A stretch of DNA of 64,000 nucleotides from an uncultured virus (IMG/VR IMGVR_UViG_3300031857_000104) (taxonomy: Duplodnaviria > Heunggongvirae > Uroviricota > Caudoviricetes). The position numbers were made by a program, and so were the translations under genes. The notes beneath the pieces are model-generated. The model was given only the letters and a program-made list of their open reading frames with translations, searched no databases and was not told where the DNA came from. Positions 39,174 to 48,560 of this stretch are shown here, piece by piece; position 1 is the first letter of the stretch; every line of letters starts with the position of its first letter. The stretch lies in IMG/VR virus record IMGVR_UViG_3300031857_000104; one strand, given 5' to 3'.

Positions 39174-39242
39174 AAAAAAAACTAAAACTTTTTAATATAT
39201 TAAAGTATTTATACGTAAATAAAATAATTAAACAATATTAAT

Positions 39243-39473
39243 ATGAAAAGAACATTAAAATTAAATGAAAGAGATTTATCAAGAATAATTAAAAGAGTAA
39301 TTAATGAAGGTGCGGGATTTTCAACATATTACACATCATCTGACGGTATTAAAATAGAAGTTTTTTGTACCCAAGGAAATGGTGGGTTAAACTCTAAAAT
39401 AAACAGAGATGGTAAAGGGGCTAATTTAACTCAAGCACAATTTGCACTTTTATGTCCTGGTATGGCATCTTAA
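39243..39473 (+). CDS. leader-tagged small protein
   Basis: MKRTLKLNERDLSRIIKRVINE. Confidence 0.75.
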   Translation: MKRTLKLNERDLSRIIKRVINEGAGFSTYYTSSDGIKIEVFCTQGNGGLNSKINRDGKGANLTQAQFALLCPGMAS

Positions 39474-39504
39474 CAATAACATCTTAAATTTTTAAAAATA
39501 ATTT

Positions 39505-39533
39505 ACCCCCCACCTCATCTAGTGGGGGTTTTT
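39505..39533 (+). terminator. intrinsic terminator
   Basis: CCCCCAC...GTGGGGG plus T-run. Confidence 0.75.
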
Positions 39534-39557
39534 ATTTTCCTTATATTTATATTTTAT

Positions 39558-39869
39558 ATGAAAATCATTATAACAGAAGAACAACTTTTCACGGTTAAAT
39601 CCTTAAATGGGGTTAAAAAATATATTGAGGATTATCTATCACAATTTGAACACTTTGTAAAACTTGAGGTAAGGGTCTCTAAAACTTCCACTGCATATTT
39701 TAACGCTGTTGAAAACCCAACTTTAGTTTATTTTGAAATTTTTATTGATGGACCAATTAGTCAAACAAACATTGAAAATGAAATACAATTTGCAATGGAT
39801 ATGTATTTTCCTCGTGATGGAGAAGAATTAATTTCTGTAATGTGGGATTTATATTTTGACTATGTATAA
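39558..39869 (+). CDS. leader-tagged protein
   Basis: MKIIITEEQL; start reassigned to ATG 39558. Confidence 0.75.
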   Translation: MKIIITEEQLFTVKSLNGVKKYIEDYLSQFEHFVKLEVRVSKTSTAYFNAVENPTLVYFEIFIDGPISQTNIENEIQFAMDMYFPRDGEELISVMWDLYFDYV

Positions 39870-39909
39870 TTTTTTTTAAATTTAAACATATTTATATTAA
39901 AAATATTTT

Positions 39910-40233
39910 ATGAAAAAAATGGTTAGACTTACGGAATCTCAATTAACAAATGTTATTAGAAAAATAATTTTGGAACAAAATGAAACTTTTAATTATAAAG
40001 GTTTAACGATCACATTAGAAAAAAAAGAAAATAATGAAGTTTTTGTAACCATAACAGGGCCTAATGAAGGTTCACAAAGGGTGATTAATATAATTAATAG
40101 AAAATTAGAAAATAACGGGTATAAAAAGAAAAGTGCCGCAGATTCATTAAATGCCGAAAAAATAAGAACGGCAACATTTACTTTGGTTGTACCAATTGTT
40201 AAAACCGTTAAAGACATATTGGGTCTTAACTAA
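39910..40233 (+). CDS. leader-tagged protein
   Basis: MKKMVRLTESQLTNVIRKIILE. Confidence 0.75.
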   Translation: MKKMVRLTESQLTNVIRKIILEQNETFNYKGLTITLEKKENNEVFVTITGPNEGSQRVINIINRKLENNGYKKKSAADSLNAEKIRTATFTLVVPIVKTVKDILGLN

Positions 40234-40305
40234 CGGTTACCACCAATCTTTTTAATTGTAGAAAATAATATTTGATTTTATTTTTTATTTTGGGTATATT
40301 TTTTC

Positions 40306-40800
40306 ATGTGCATTAATATACCACCAAATTATTTTGAACCACATTATCGTGAGGTGAGATATCCCCATTCAAATTTAAAAAAACATCATTCAAGATATCT
40401 TAGGTTATTGTCTGAATTTTTTAAAACTATGTATGATTTTAAATTTCAATTGTATTGTGAAAGAGATCATATACAAGTAATAATTTTTGACGTATTACCA
40501 TCACCCGTTTACCACCCAAGCACATTTGACCCTTCTTATAGGTTTTTAAAAAATGATAACGTTAGTTATGAACTTATTAGTGAGTATGAAATTTTTAATA
40601 CCGTCTATTCATATATTCCTGATTTAATACCATATTTAGAATTTGAATTTGTTTTTTATCTAGGTGTGGCGTTTTATGAACAAAGAGAAAACCACTGCTT
40701 TAATTTAAGACGATTATATTATGAAGTTTGTTCTAGAGAAGAATTACATAGACAAAAACAATATTATGATAATATTTATAATATAAACACATTTCTATGA
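40306..40800 (+). CDS. hypothetical protein (no leader)
   Basis: 164 aa aromatic-rich ORF. Confidence 0.6.
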   Translation: MCINIPPNYFEPHYREVRYPHSNLKKHHSRYLRLLSEFFKTMYDFKFQLYCERDHIQVIIFDVLPSPVYHPSTFDPSYRFLKNDNVSYELISEYEIFNTVYSYIPDLIPYLEFEFVFYLGVAFYEQRENHCFNLRRLYYEVCSREELHRQKQYYDNIYNINTFL

Positions 40801-41192
40801 AAAAAATAATTAGATTAACAGAAAACGAATTAGCTAGTTTAATAAAACAAGTTATTAATGAACAAAATAATGAAACCACTAAAATTGGTGGTTATGAATT
40901 AGGTGCGGGTGTTGCCAGTATTCAAAAATTAGGAGGTTCAAAAATTAAAATAACGTTTAATGCTCCTACAACAGAACCTGTTATTTGGTTTGGTGGAGGT
41001 GAAAACAATTTTACATATAAAGTAATATTGAAGTACGATCCAAAAACTGAAGAAATCTCATTAGATGATTTTTTAACAGACTACGATCTTAACCCTAATA
41101 AAGAAAGAGAATATTTTGAACAAAATACTGGATTACCCTTACCCGCTAATAGTGAAAACTTTAGTAAAAATATTTTAGAAAAAATATTTTAG
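40797..41192 (+). CDS. leader-tagged protein
   Basis: MKKIIRLTENELASLIKQVINE. Confidence 0.75.
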   Translation: MKKIIRLTENELASLIKQVINEQNNETTKIGGYELGAGVASIQKLGGSKIKITFNAPTTEPVIWFGGGENNFTYKVILKYDPKTEEISLDDFLTDYDLNPNKEREYFEQNTGLPLPANSENFSKNILEKIF

Positions 41193-41202
41193 AAAAAAAT
41201 CA

Positions 41203-41430
41203 ATGAAAAACCAATTAAAAAATATTTTAGAAACTGTTTTAAAAGAAACTTATCCTGAAATAAAAAATATTATTGTATTTAAAAATGAATATGCTGAAAA
41301 CATTTATTCAGTTTTAGTTAATATTGAATATATGGATCTTTTAAAAATTGATGATAAAGAATTAAAAGAAGATATATACACAATTGGGGGGTATATAAAC
41401 TGTAGAATTGAGTCCGTGCAATTTTATTAA
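41203..41430 (+). CDS. hypothetical protein
   Basis: 75 aa; LKETYPEIKNI resembles 35858 and 23593. Confidence 0.65.
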   Translation: MKNQLKNILETVLKETYPEIKNIIVFKNEYAENIYSVLVNIEYMDLLKIDDKELKEDIYTIGGYINCRIESVQFY

Positions 41431-41460
41431 TTAAGATATATTTATATATAAAATAATATT

Positions 41461-41730
41461 ATGAGAACAAAACTAACAGAAAGAGATATTACAAGAATTG
41501 TAAGAAGAACCTTGTGGGAACAAGAACAAGGGATGGACATTAATGCCTTATCTAAATTGTCAGAAATTGAAGGCGTTTCTGAAATTCAAGGATGTAATAC
41601 TGAAACTTTTGATTCTACAACTTGTTTGACAAATGCGATGGATGAATTAACATTTAACGTTTTTGTTAAAGAATTTTTACCGGCATTGCAAACGGCTAAA
41701 ATTGACACTAGTTCAGTTCCTAAATTTTAA
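41461..41730 (+). CDS. leader-tagged protein
   Basis: MRTKLTERDITRIVRRTLWE. Confidence 0.75.
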   Translation: MRTKLTERDITRIVRRTLWEQEQGMDINALSKLSEIEGVSEIQGCNTETFDSTTCLTNAMDELTFNVFVKEFLPALQTAKIDTSSVPKF

Positions 41731-41751
41731 TTAAATACTTTTCATATTTTG

Positions 41752-41781
41752 AACCCACCCAATACTAAAGGTGGGTTTTTT
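41752..41781 (+). terminator. intrinsic terminator
   Basis: AACCCACC...GGTGGGTTTTTT. Confidence 0.75.
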
Positions 41782-41810
41782 ATTTTATAATTTTTAATAT
41801 ATTTATCTAT

Positions 41811-42284
41811 ATGGAATACACAAAATTAACAGACAAACAATTAAAATTAATCATCACTCAATTACAAGAAAGATTTGAGGAAGAAGATGAGGATATCTTT
41901 GATGATTACAACTGTTTTAATAATTATATAACTGAGATTATTGAAGACGTTGTTAAGTACTTTGGTATTGAAATCAAAAATGGTACTGATTTAAGTTTTT
42001 TTATTGCTCTATGTAGATTAAACCCTACTGCAGAAGGAGAAATTAAAAGACCTCAACATAACACTTTTGATGTATTACATGAAGAAAATGCTCACCTAAG
42101 TAAAGTCACAACATTTAAACAAACAATTGGTTCTTTTTTGGACCTTAATAAAAGTATTCTTGAATCAATGAGAGATACTGATTATTACATCTATTATGAA
42201 GGTAATGTTATTGATGAAGAAGAGTATTCATATGATGTGTCAAATGATGAGGTTACAGAAATAAAAAAATGGAAGAAAAAATAA
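41811..42284 (+). CDS. acidic hypothetical protein
   Basis: 157 aa; TATTTAT upstream. Confidence 0.7.
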   Translation: MEYTKLTDKQLKLIITQLQERFEEEDEDIFDDYNCFNNYITEIIEDVVKYFGIEIKNGTDLSFFIALCRLNPTAEGEIKRPQHNTFDVLHEENAHLSKVTTFKQTIGSFLDLNKSILESMRDTDYYIYYEGNVIDEEEYSYDVSNDEVTEIKKWKKK

Positions 42285-42293
42285 ACCCCATTA

Positions 42294-42983
42294 ATGACTG
42301 ATAGTGAATTAAATAAAATTATAAAACTTTGTTATAATCAGTTTTTAGAAAAGACCTATGATTTTCATGGGTTAACTCTAAGACCTGTTTTATATGATGG
42401 TAGAAATGGTTATGAAATATTTTGGGAAGTAGAAAATAAAAATGATCTATCTTGTAGTGAAACCACAGTTACTGATTTTGTTCATGATTTAATTATGGAA
42501 TTTTCAAAATTTGTAAGTAACAGAGAAAATAATTTATATAGAGATTATTGGAAAAGACTTTGTAAAATATCAACAGACATTTTTCCAAAAAATAGAGTTT
42601 ATATAAATGATAGTGATCGTGAAGAACTTATAAAAAGTTTAACTAAAATATCTGAACTTACTTTTAGAGGTGTTCACTGCGATATTGATTTTTATAATGT
42701 TAATTTTGATAATTCTTCTGGTGAAGATTTTTATATTGGTTATGAGGTTGTTTTAAGTAATATGTCAGTTCTTGGTGAAGAAGTTGATGATTTTAGTGAT
42801 GAGTACAAAGAAGGAATACATGATTTGATGTATCACGATGATTTTATTGATTATCAATTTGATTTAATGTTACCATTCACAAATAAAATAATTAGAAATC
42901 CCCTATTATTTGATAATACATATATGTATATAACAAACGATTTTATTATTAAAGATAAAAAAGGAAAAACATTTTTTTACTAA
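42294..42983 (+). CDS. acidic hypothetical protein, probable paralogue of 48561
   Basis: GL.L.P...N..DLS...FSKF...Y.N pattern shared with 48561. Confidence 0.7.
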   Translation: MTDSELNKIIKLCYNQFLEKTYDFHGLTLRPVLYDGRNGYEIFWEVENKNDLSCSETTVTDFVHDLIMEFSKFVSNRENNLYRDYWKRLCKISTDIFPKNRVYINDSDREELIKSLTKISELTFRGVHCDIDFYNVNFDNSSGEDFYIGYEVVLSNMSVLGEEVDDFSDEYKEGIHDLMYHDDFIDYQFDLMLPFTNKIIRNPLLFDNTYMYITNDFIIKDKKGKTFFY

Positions 42984-43417
42984 TGTACACAAACGAAGAA
43001 CAATCACAATTAAATAAATTTTTAGAGCACGAAACATTTACGATGGACACCGATTTTTTTGGTGGAGATTCAAAATTTGAATTTGAATATAAGTTTAAAT
43101 TAGTTGGTACTAAAAAAATGATGAGTGTCGGTGAGTACTATGACTATATAAGAGTATTTGTAACTATTGTTGGTGGAGAAGATAGATTTAAAAGACTTCT
43201 TAAAGTTATTAGTTATGTTCAAAAAATAAATGAAAGAAATTTCTTAGAAGAATTTTTAAAAAAAGAATATGGTTTTAGTAATCAATTAAATAGAGATATT
43301 TCAGATAATTTAAAATATTTTTCTGATGGTAAAGATCATGTCAGAGTACAAATTGAATCTATTACTATAACTGATAATTTTTTTAGTGAAGTTAAAAATA
43401 TTGATTTAAATTTATAA
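42983..43417 (+). CDS. hypothetical protein
   Basis: 144 aa, TAATG overlap. Confidence 0.7.
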   Translation: MYTNEEQSQLNKFLEHETFTMDTDFFGGDSKFEFEYKFKLVGTKKMMSVGEYYDYIRVFVTIVGGEDRFKRLLKVISYVQKINERNFLEEFLKKEYGFSNQLNRDISDNLKYFSDGKDHVRVQIESITITDNFFSEVKNIDLNL

Positions 43418-43422
43418 AGATA

Positions 43423-43495
43423 CGGTTTAGGACCGCTATTGCTACGGCAATAAAAACCCCCATAAGTGTCGCTACCAATGGGGGTTTATTTTTTT
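43423..43495 (+). terminator. triple-hairpin element ending in a terminator
   Basis: CGGT-TTAGG-ACCG; TATTGC-TACG-GCAATA; AAACCCCCAT...ATGGGGGTTT plus T-run. Confidence 0.65.
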
Positions 43496-43529
43496 AAAAC
43501 TTAATGATATTTATTAATAAAACTATATT

Positions 43530-43871
43530 ATGAAAAAAATTGTAAGACTAACTGAATCTGACTTAACTAAACTTGTTAAACATATAATTGTTGAAGTACA
43601 AGAAGAAGAGACAGTTTTATTAGATAAAGTTGATAAGATGTTAGATTCGATTCCTGATGTTAAAACAGATGATGAAATGGATCCACCATTATGGGACAAA
43701 ATAAAAGAAATGGTAGAAGATGCCGGTCACGACCTTGAAAAATTTTTTAAAAAATTAAAAAGAAACAGTAAAAAAGCATTTAGAAGATTAAAAAGAAAAA
43801 GAATTTTTCCTAAAAGAACAAAAATTGTAAAACCAAAAATACCTGGAGGTTTAAACCCTTGGGAGAAATAA
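43530..43871 (+). CDS. leader-tagged protein, acidic core and basic tail
   Basis: MKKIVRLTESDLTKLVKHIIVE. Confidence 0.75.
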   Translation: MKKIVRLTESDLTKLVKHIIVEVQEEETVLLDKVDKMLDSIPDVKTDDEMDPPLWDKIKEMVEDAGHDLEKFFKKLKRNSKKAFRRLKRKRIFPKRTKIVKPKIPGGLNPWEK

Positions 43872-43937
43872 ATTGTTTTTTTTTAAAAAATCGATATATT
43901 TATATATAAAAACGAATAAACAAATAAAAATAAAAAA

Positions 43938-44225
43938 ATGAAAAGAATTGTTAGATTAACAGAATCAGATCTTACTCGCATCGTAAGAAGAGTAATTAAA
44001 GAAAATAACTTAGCAGAATCTGAAGAAGAGGCAATATCATCTGAAATAGAATCTATGGACGAAGATACCCCTGATCCAGGTTTATTACAAAAATTAGAAA
44101 ATTTTGCTAAAAATTTTAAAAAATTACCTAAAAGAATACTTAATAAAATTAAAAGGTTAAAAAGAAAAAACCCTAACATGATAAAACGATACCCAAATAT
44201 TGACATGAATTGCCCTGACTGGTAA
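43938..44225 (+). CDS. leader-tagged protein, paralogue of 43530
   Basis: MKRIVRLTESDLTRIVRRVIKE; FKKL...RLKRK tail. Confidence 0.75.
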   Translation: MKRIVRLTESDLTRIVRRVIKENNLAESEEEAISSEIESMDEDTPDPGLLQKLENFAKNFKKLPKRILNKIKRLKRKNPNMIKRYPNIDMNCPDW

Positions 44226-44264
44226 ATAATAAAAAAACCCAACAAATATGCCAAACTGGTAAAT

Positions 44265-44295
44265 AAAAAAGGACTCAATTTGAGTCCTTTTTTTT
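44265..44295. terminator. bidirectional terminator
   Basis: AAAAAAGGACTCAA-T-TTGAGTCCTTTTTT between convergent genes. Confidence 0.8.
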
Positions 44296-44720
44296 TATTC
44301 TACTCCTACTACTTCTAAATCAAAAATAAGTTTTTTTCCAGCTAATGGGTGATTAGCATCTAAAACTACCGTTTCATCTTTAACTTCTTTAACAACAAAT
44401 TTTATAGGACCCATTTGTGTTTGTGCCTCTAACGGCATACCAACCTCAACTTCACCCGGCATTTGTTCTTTAGGTACTTCTTGAACCATAAAATCATTAT
44501 ATTCCCCATAAGCATCAACAGATTCTATTTCCACTGTTTTTTTATCTCCTGTTGACATATCAATCAATCCATTTTCAAAACCACTAATTAGCTGACCTTG
44601 TCCCAATTGTGCGGTTAACGGTTCTCTACCCTCGACCATAGATGAATCAAAAATAGTTCCATCTTCTAATCTTCCTGTGTAATGTACAGTAACTGTACTG
44701 TTCTTTTCTACTTTTTTCAT
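44295..44720 (-). CDS. FKBP-type peptidyl-prolyl isomerase (SlyD/FkpB-like)
   Basis: VTVHYTGRLEDGTIFDSS, LISGFE, AYG, LDANHPLAGKKLIFDLEV. Confidence 0.92.
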   Translation of the reverse strand: MKKVEKNSTVTVHYTGRLEDGTIFDSSMVEGREPLTAQLGQGQLISGFENGLIDMSTGDKKTVEIESVDAYGEYNDFMVQEVPKEQMPGEVEVGMPLEAQTQMGPIKFVVKEVKDETVVLDANHPLAGKKLIFDLEVVGVE

Positions 44721-44793
44721 AAATTTATTTTTTTTATAATTGTATTAAATTTTTATATAATTGTAAAACTATTTATTAAAATAATTATTAATT

Positions 44794-45105
44794 ATGAAAA
44801 CAAGAAAAAAAATAGAAACTGAAAAGGTTAATGCGCTATTAGAACAAAGGTATTTACACAATAAATTCTTAAAAGAAGATGAACAACTTAAATCACCACA
44901 ATTACAAGTTACGAGCATTAAGGGAAAACCAGGCAAATATAAAATTAGTATTTTTCAAGAAGACCCTAATGGTAATTTAAAAAACATTATGACAACGAAC
45001 ATAGCTAAACAATTAAATTTAATGGATGAATATGCAAGTCAAGAAGATGCTCAAAACGCCATGACTAATATTGATAAATCTAAATTAGAAAAATTGGTTC
45101 AATAG
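44794..45105 (+). CDS. leader-tagged protein
   Basis: NALLEQRYL...FLKE; TATTTAT upstream. Confidence 0.7.
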   Translation: MKTRKKIETEKVNALLEQRYLHNKFLKEDEQLKSPQLQVTSIKGKPGKYKISIFQEDPNGNLKNIMTTNIAKQLNLMDEYASQEDAQNAMTNIDKSKLEKLVQ

Positions 45106-45139
45106 ATAATTTTTTATATATTTGTAAAAAAATTATTTT

Positions 45140-45433
45140 ATGGATGTAGAAAAATTAGATTTATCTGAAATAAAAACTCTGTGTAAAAAATATGATGTTG
45201 GTTTTGTCGGAGATAAAAAAACATTAATAAAAAAATTAAAATATTTTTTAGATCCCGTACAGGATAGTTTAAACACTCATACAGGTAGAAAATTACCATC
45301 AGATAAAAAAATTGTTGGGGTTAAAATTAGTGAAAAAGATAAGTTAAATAATATTATAAAAAATAAAGGTCAATTTTTATATTACTCTTTTGGTTTTCAA
45401 TATTACTTAGTTAATAAAGATTTAGTTTTATAG
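45140..45433 (+). CDS. hypothetical protein, SAP/HeH-like N-terminus
   Basis: LDLSEIKTLCKKY...GDKKTLIKKL; TATATTTG at 45117 upstream. Confidence 0.6.
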   Translation: MDVEKLDLSEIKTLCKKYDVGFVGDKKTLIKKLKYFLDPVQDSLNTHTGRKLPSDKKIVGVKISEKDKLNNIIKNKGQFLYYSFGFQYYLVNKDLVL

Positions 45434-45460
45434 AGTATTTATATATAAAATATATTTTTA

Positions 45461-46684
45461 ATGCGAAACAAGTTACAAATATCTGAACAAGAACGTTCAA
45501 ATATACTTTCTATGTATAGATTAATTTACGAAGACGTTACCACAAAAATTAGCGGTAAAGTTAATACAATTCCTGGTATTAGTTATAGTAATGCTTCTAG
45601 AGGTGTTAATTTAAAAATAGATTTATATAGTGATGAAAATACTGAAGATGTTGAAACTCTTGGGGATAATGACGATATAACCGAATTAAGATTGATTGAC
45701 ACCACAACCACGGACGGAGCAGGTAATTTTTATTTTGATAATATTACTGACAATATAAATTTAGTTATACGGTTCGACGGAAATGATTTTTTTAATCCTT
45801 CAGAATTAAAACTAAAAAAGATAACACCTAACCAAGAAACTAAAATAACATTAACAGTTTATTCAAAAAATGAGGAATATATTGAGAAAGAAGATGACGT
45901 AGATTACTACGAACCAAAACCTAACAAATACTGTAATAAAAAAGAATCTAATGATAAAAACATTTTTGGTTTAGGATTTTATGAAGAAAAAACATACCCT
46001 TCACCCGATTCTATTTTAAAATATAATAAAGAAAAATTTATTTTAAATGCTAATGCTGTCGGAATATTGGATGCTTTTAATACTTATTTAACGTTATACC
46101 CTAACGATAAAGTAACTGCCGAAAAAATGGTAGATGCGATGGATGATGCAGCCACTAAAACTTTTTCACCACCAAAATATAGAGTACCATGTAAAAGAGT
46201 TTTTTCTGAAAAAGGTAATTTTGTTGCAAGTACATTAGTAAAGTTTAAAAAGAAAAAATTAGATGAGTTAGTTGAGTATGTTATTTTAAAAGACCACCCA
46301 AAAATAGAACCATTAGATTTTGACCCATATGATTTCCAAAGAGCGTTAGAAGTCTCGTATGATTTAAAAAGAAAAATATTTTTATTTGTTTGTTCTGATA
46401 CTAATCAGGAATGTAATAATATATTTAATGAATTAATATATTTAAAAAATATTAAAGAAAAATTAAAATTTTTTGTTAGACTTTATTACCAGGTAAATAG
46501 AAACGAAACTAAAAAATATGTATTGGCTTCAGAATCACTAAATATTGATACATACCCAACTATGGTAATTTTAGAAGCAATTAAAGATCCTAGAACTAAC
46601 CCTATAAAAAATTCTGTTAAGTTAATAAAAAAAATAACTGAATTTAATAACTTAGAGGAAAATATAAACAACTTATTATCTTAA
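45461..46684 (+). CDS. leader-tagged multidomain protein
   Basis: LQISEQERSNILSMYRLIYE; beta-sandwich-like TTTDGAGNFYF; thioredoxin-like C-terminus (IDTYPTMVIL). Confidence 0.65.
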   Translation: MRNKLQISEQERSNILSMYRLIYEDVTTKISGKVNTIPGISYSNASRGVNLKIDLYSDENTEDVETLGDNDDITELRLIDTTTTDGAGNFYFDNITDNINLVIRFDGNDFFNPSELKLKKITPNQETKITLTVYSKNEEYIEKEDDVDYYEPKPNKYCNKKESNDKNIFGLGFYEEKTYPSPDSILKYNKEKFILNANAVGILDAFNTYLTLYPNDKVTAEKMVDAMDDAATKTFSPPKYRVPCKRVFSEKGNFVASTLVKFKKKKLDELVEYVILKDHPKIEPLDFDPYDFQRALEVSYDLKRKIFLFVCSDTNQECNNIFNELIYLKNIKEKLKFFVRLYYQVNRNETKKYVLASESLNIDTYPTMVILEAIKDPRTNPIKNSVKLIKKITEFNNLEENINNLLS

Positions 46685-46708
46685 TAGATATTTATAAAAA
46701 AAAATGTT

Positions 46709-47284
46709 ATGAAAAAAAACTTATTAAATGAATTAAATGAAATCAAATATCTTTTTGATTATAGAAGAGGTAAAATATTATCGGAACAAAACACTCCTTT
46801 TATGGAAGAAGAATTTGAAGATGATATAATGTTAATGGAACCTGATGTAATGGAACCTGATGTTAAACCAAAAACAAGACCAAGAGATCCGGAAGAAAAA
46901 CCTTTTGATCCGGATAGAGATAGAAGAGAAAGAAATCCCGATATATTACCATATACCGATCCTGACACTCACCCACAAGGTGGATTTGATGATGAAGTAG
47001 AATATGAAGTAGAAATTGATGACAAAATGTTTGAACCTGAATATGAAATTGAGTTTAACGATGTAGATGTTGCACCTACAAGAGAAAGAGAAAGAACTAG
47101 AGAAAGAGAAAGAACTAGAGAAACTGAAAAACCTTTTAATCCTGACAGAACAAGAAGAGAGAGAGATCCTAATAGATTACCATATACTGATCCTGATACT
47201 CATCCACAAGGTAAAGATAAAGACTTTGATGGTGATTCAGCATTAGAAAAATTAGTAATGAAATATCTTAGAAGTAAAAAATAA
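46709..47284 (+). CDS. leader-tagged low-complexity repeat protein
   Basis: LLNELNEIKYLFDYRRGKILSE; two EKPF.PDR.RRER.P..LPYTDPDTHPQG repeats; TRERER tandem. Confidence 0.75.
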   Translation: MKKNLLNELNEIKYLFDYRRGKILSEQNTPFMEEEFEDDIMLMEPDVMEPDVKPKTRPRDPEEKPFDPDRDRRERNPDILPYTDPDTHPQGGFDDEVEYEVEIDDKMFEPEYEIEFNDVDVAPTRERERTRERERTRETEKPFNPDRTRRERDPNRLPYTDPDTHPQGKDKDFDGDSALEKLVMKYLRSKK

Positions 47285-47286
47285 AA

Positions 47287-48276
47287 ATGAAAAGATTAAT
47301 ATACGAAAGACCAGTAAGTGATTACTTACCTGATGAGTTTAAAAAAAGTGCAAGGGATGCTAGTAAAAGGTTATATGATGACCCTAATAATCCGGCACCT
47401 TCTAGTAATCAGGTTGGTATGCTTATGATGGGACTTCCGAGAATGGAGTCAGGTAAAAATCAACAACTTTTAAACATTGCCATGGAAACTTTTTATAAAA
47501 TGTATCCAAGAATTAAAGGTTTAGTTGACAAAGGTAAAATTAGAATGGACGTTCAACTTGGTTCTGCCGGCGGAAGAATGAAAACACAAACACCAAACCA
47601 AGAAAAATTAAAAAATGCTAAAGAGGCTGACGAAGATTTTGACGAAAGAGTAAAACAAAGACATTTTATTAATGCTAAAACACAAGGTAAGGCATGGTTA
47701 GATGGTTTTGGAGCAATTAAAAAAATGAAAAGTAAAATTGACGCAATTGATCCTAACCTTTATCAAAACTACGATGGGTTTGTAAGGGGAGCGTCTAGAT
47801 TTTATTGGGAAAACACTGACATGTTAGAAAGAATGGCAGCGTCAGGTGCTGGTAGAATGGCTTATTGTGATGTTTATCCTGATAAACAAAATAAAGGGGT
47901 GTGGGTTATTGAAGTAAGAGCGCCTCATTTACCTTTATTGATGCACGAGTTAGTAAAAGGTGCTGAATATTATGATAGCTTATTTTCCTTACCTCAACAA
48001 AAAGAAGTTGGAGATGTTTTAATGGGTATTACTGATGTTCATAAACACGAAATTCAAAATATGAACTACGGTAGATCTTTATGGTCAAAAATTAGATATA
48101 TTTTAGAAGAAATGGTTGATGGATATGACCCAAGTATGGAGAACGATCTTACTTTTGAGTTAGAAGGATTAGGACCTAAAGTATATAATAGATATATGGA
48201 TGGTATTGTAAAAGATGATAATAAAATAATAGGTGAATTCATAAAAAAATGTGAGGAGATTGTCAAAACTTTATGA
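47287..48276 (+). CDS. hypothetical protein
   Basis: 329 aa; MKRLIYE start; LLMHELVKG. Confidence 0.75.
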   Translation: MKRLIYERPVSDYLPDEFKKSARDASKRLYDDPNNPAPSSNQVGMLMMGLPRMESGKNQQLLNIAMETFYKMYPRIKGLVDKGKIRMDVQLGSAGGRMKTQTPNQEKLKNAKEADEDFDERVKQRHFINAKTQGKAWLDGFGAIKKMKSKIDAIDPNLYQNYDGFVRGASRFYWENTDMLERMAASGAGRMAYCDVYPDKQNKGVWVIEVRAPHLPLLMHELVKGAEYYDSLFSLPQQKEVGDVLMGITDVHKHEIQNMNYGRSLWSKIRYILEEMVDGYDPSMENDLTFELEGLGPKVYNRYMDGIVKDDNKIIGEFIKKCEEIVKTL

Positions 48277-48542
48277 AAAATAAACTGAATGAGTACGATA
48301 TTAATAGAATCGTTAAAAAAATTATCAACGAAGACATTGATAGAACAAAAATGTTAGAGATTGTTGATGATGTTATTAACAGACTTAAAGAACATGGTAT
48401 GGAATACTACCGAGAGTTAGATTCACTTAACTTTAAGTACCCTACTGAAAGATATAAAAAACCAAAACCTTTAAAAAGAGGCGATATTGAGCCACCAAAA
48501 GGTGTTAGAGTTTCAAGATCCGCTTTTCCTGATGAAATTTAA
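48273..48542 (+). CDS. leader-tagged protein
   Basis: MKNKLNEYDINRIVKKIINE. Confidence 0.75.
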   Translation: MKNKLNEYDINRIVKKIINEDIDRTKMLEIVDDVINRLKEHGMEYYRELDSLNFKYPTERYKKPKPLKRGDIEPPKGVRVSRSAFPDEI

Positions 48543-48560
48543 TACATATATTTATTTTAT

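Noticed and set aside
18169..44225. CRISPR-like array suggested by recurring 20-40 nt repeats
   Set aside because: Repeats are in-frame gene starts separated by 300-1000 nt of coding sequence, not 30-40 nt spacers; no cas genes
44195..44265. Short echo of the 43938 gene end (CTGGTAAATAA twice)
   Set aside because: Only about 11 nt exact; could be a small local duplication but too weak to interpret
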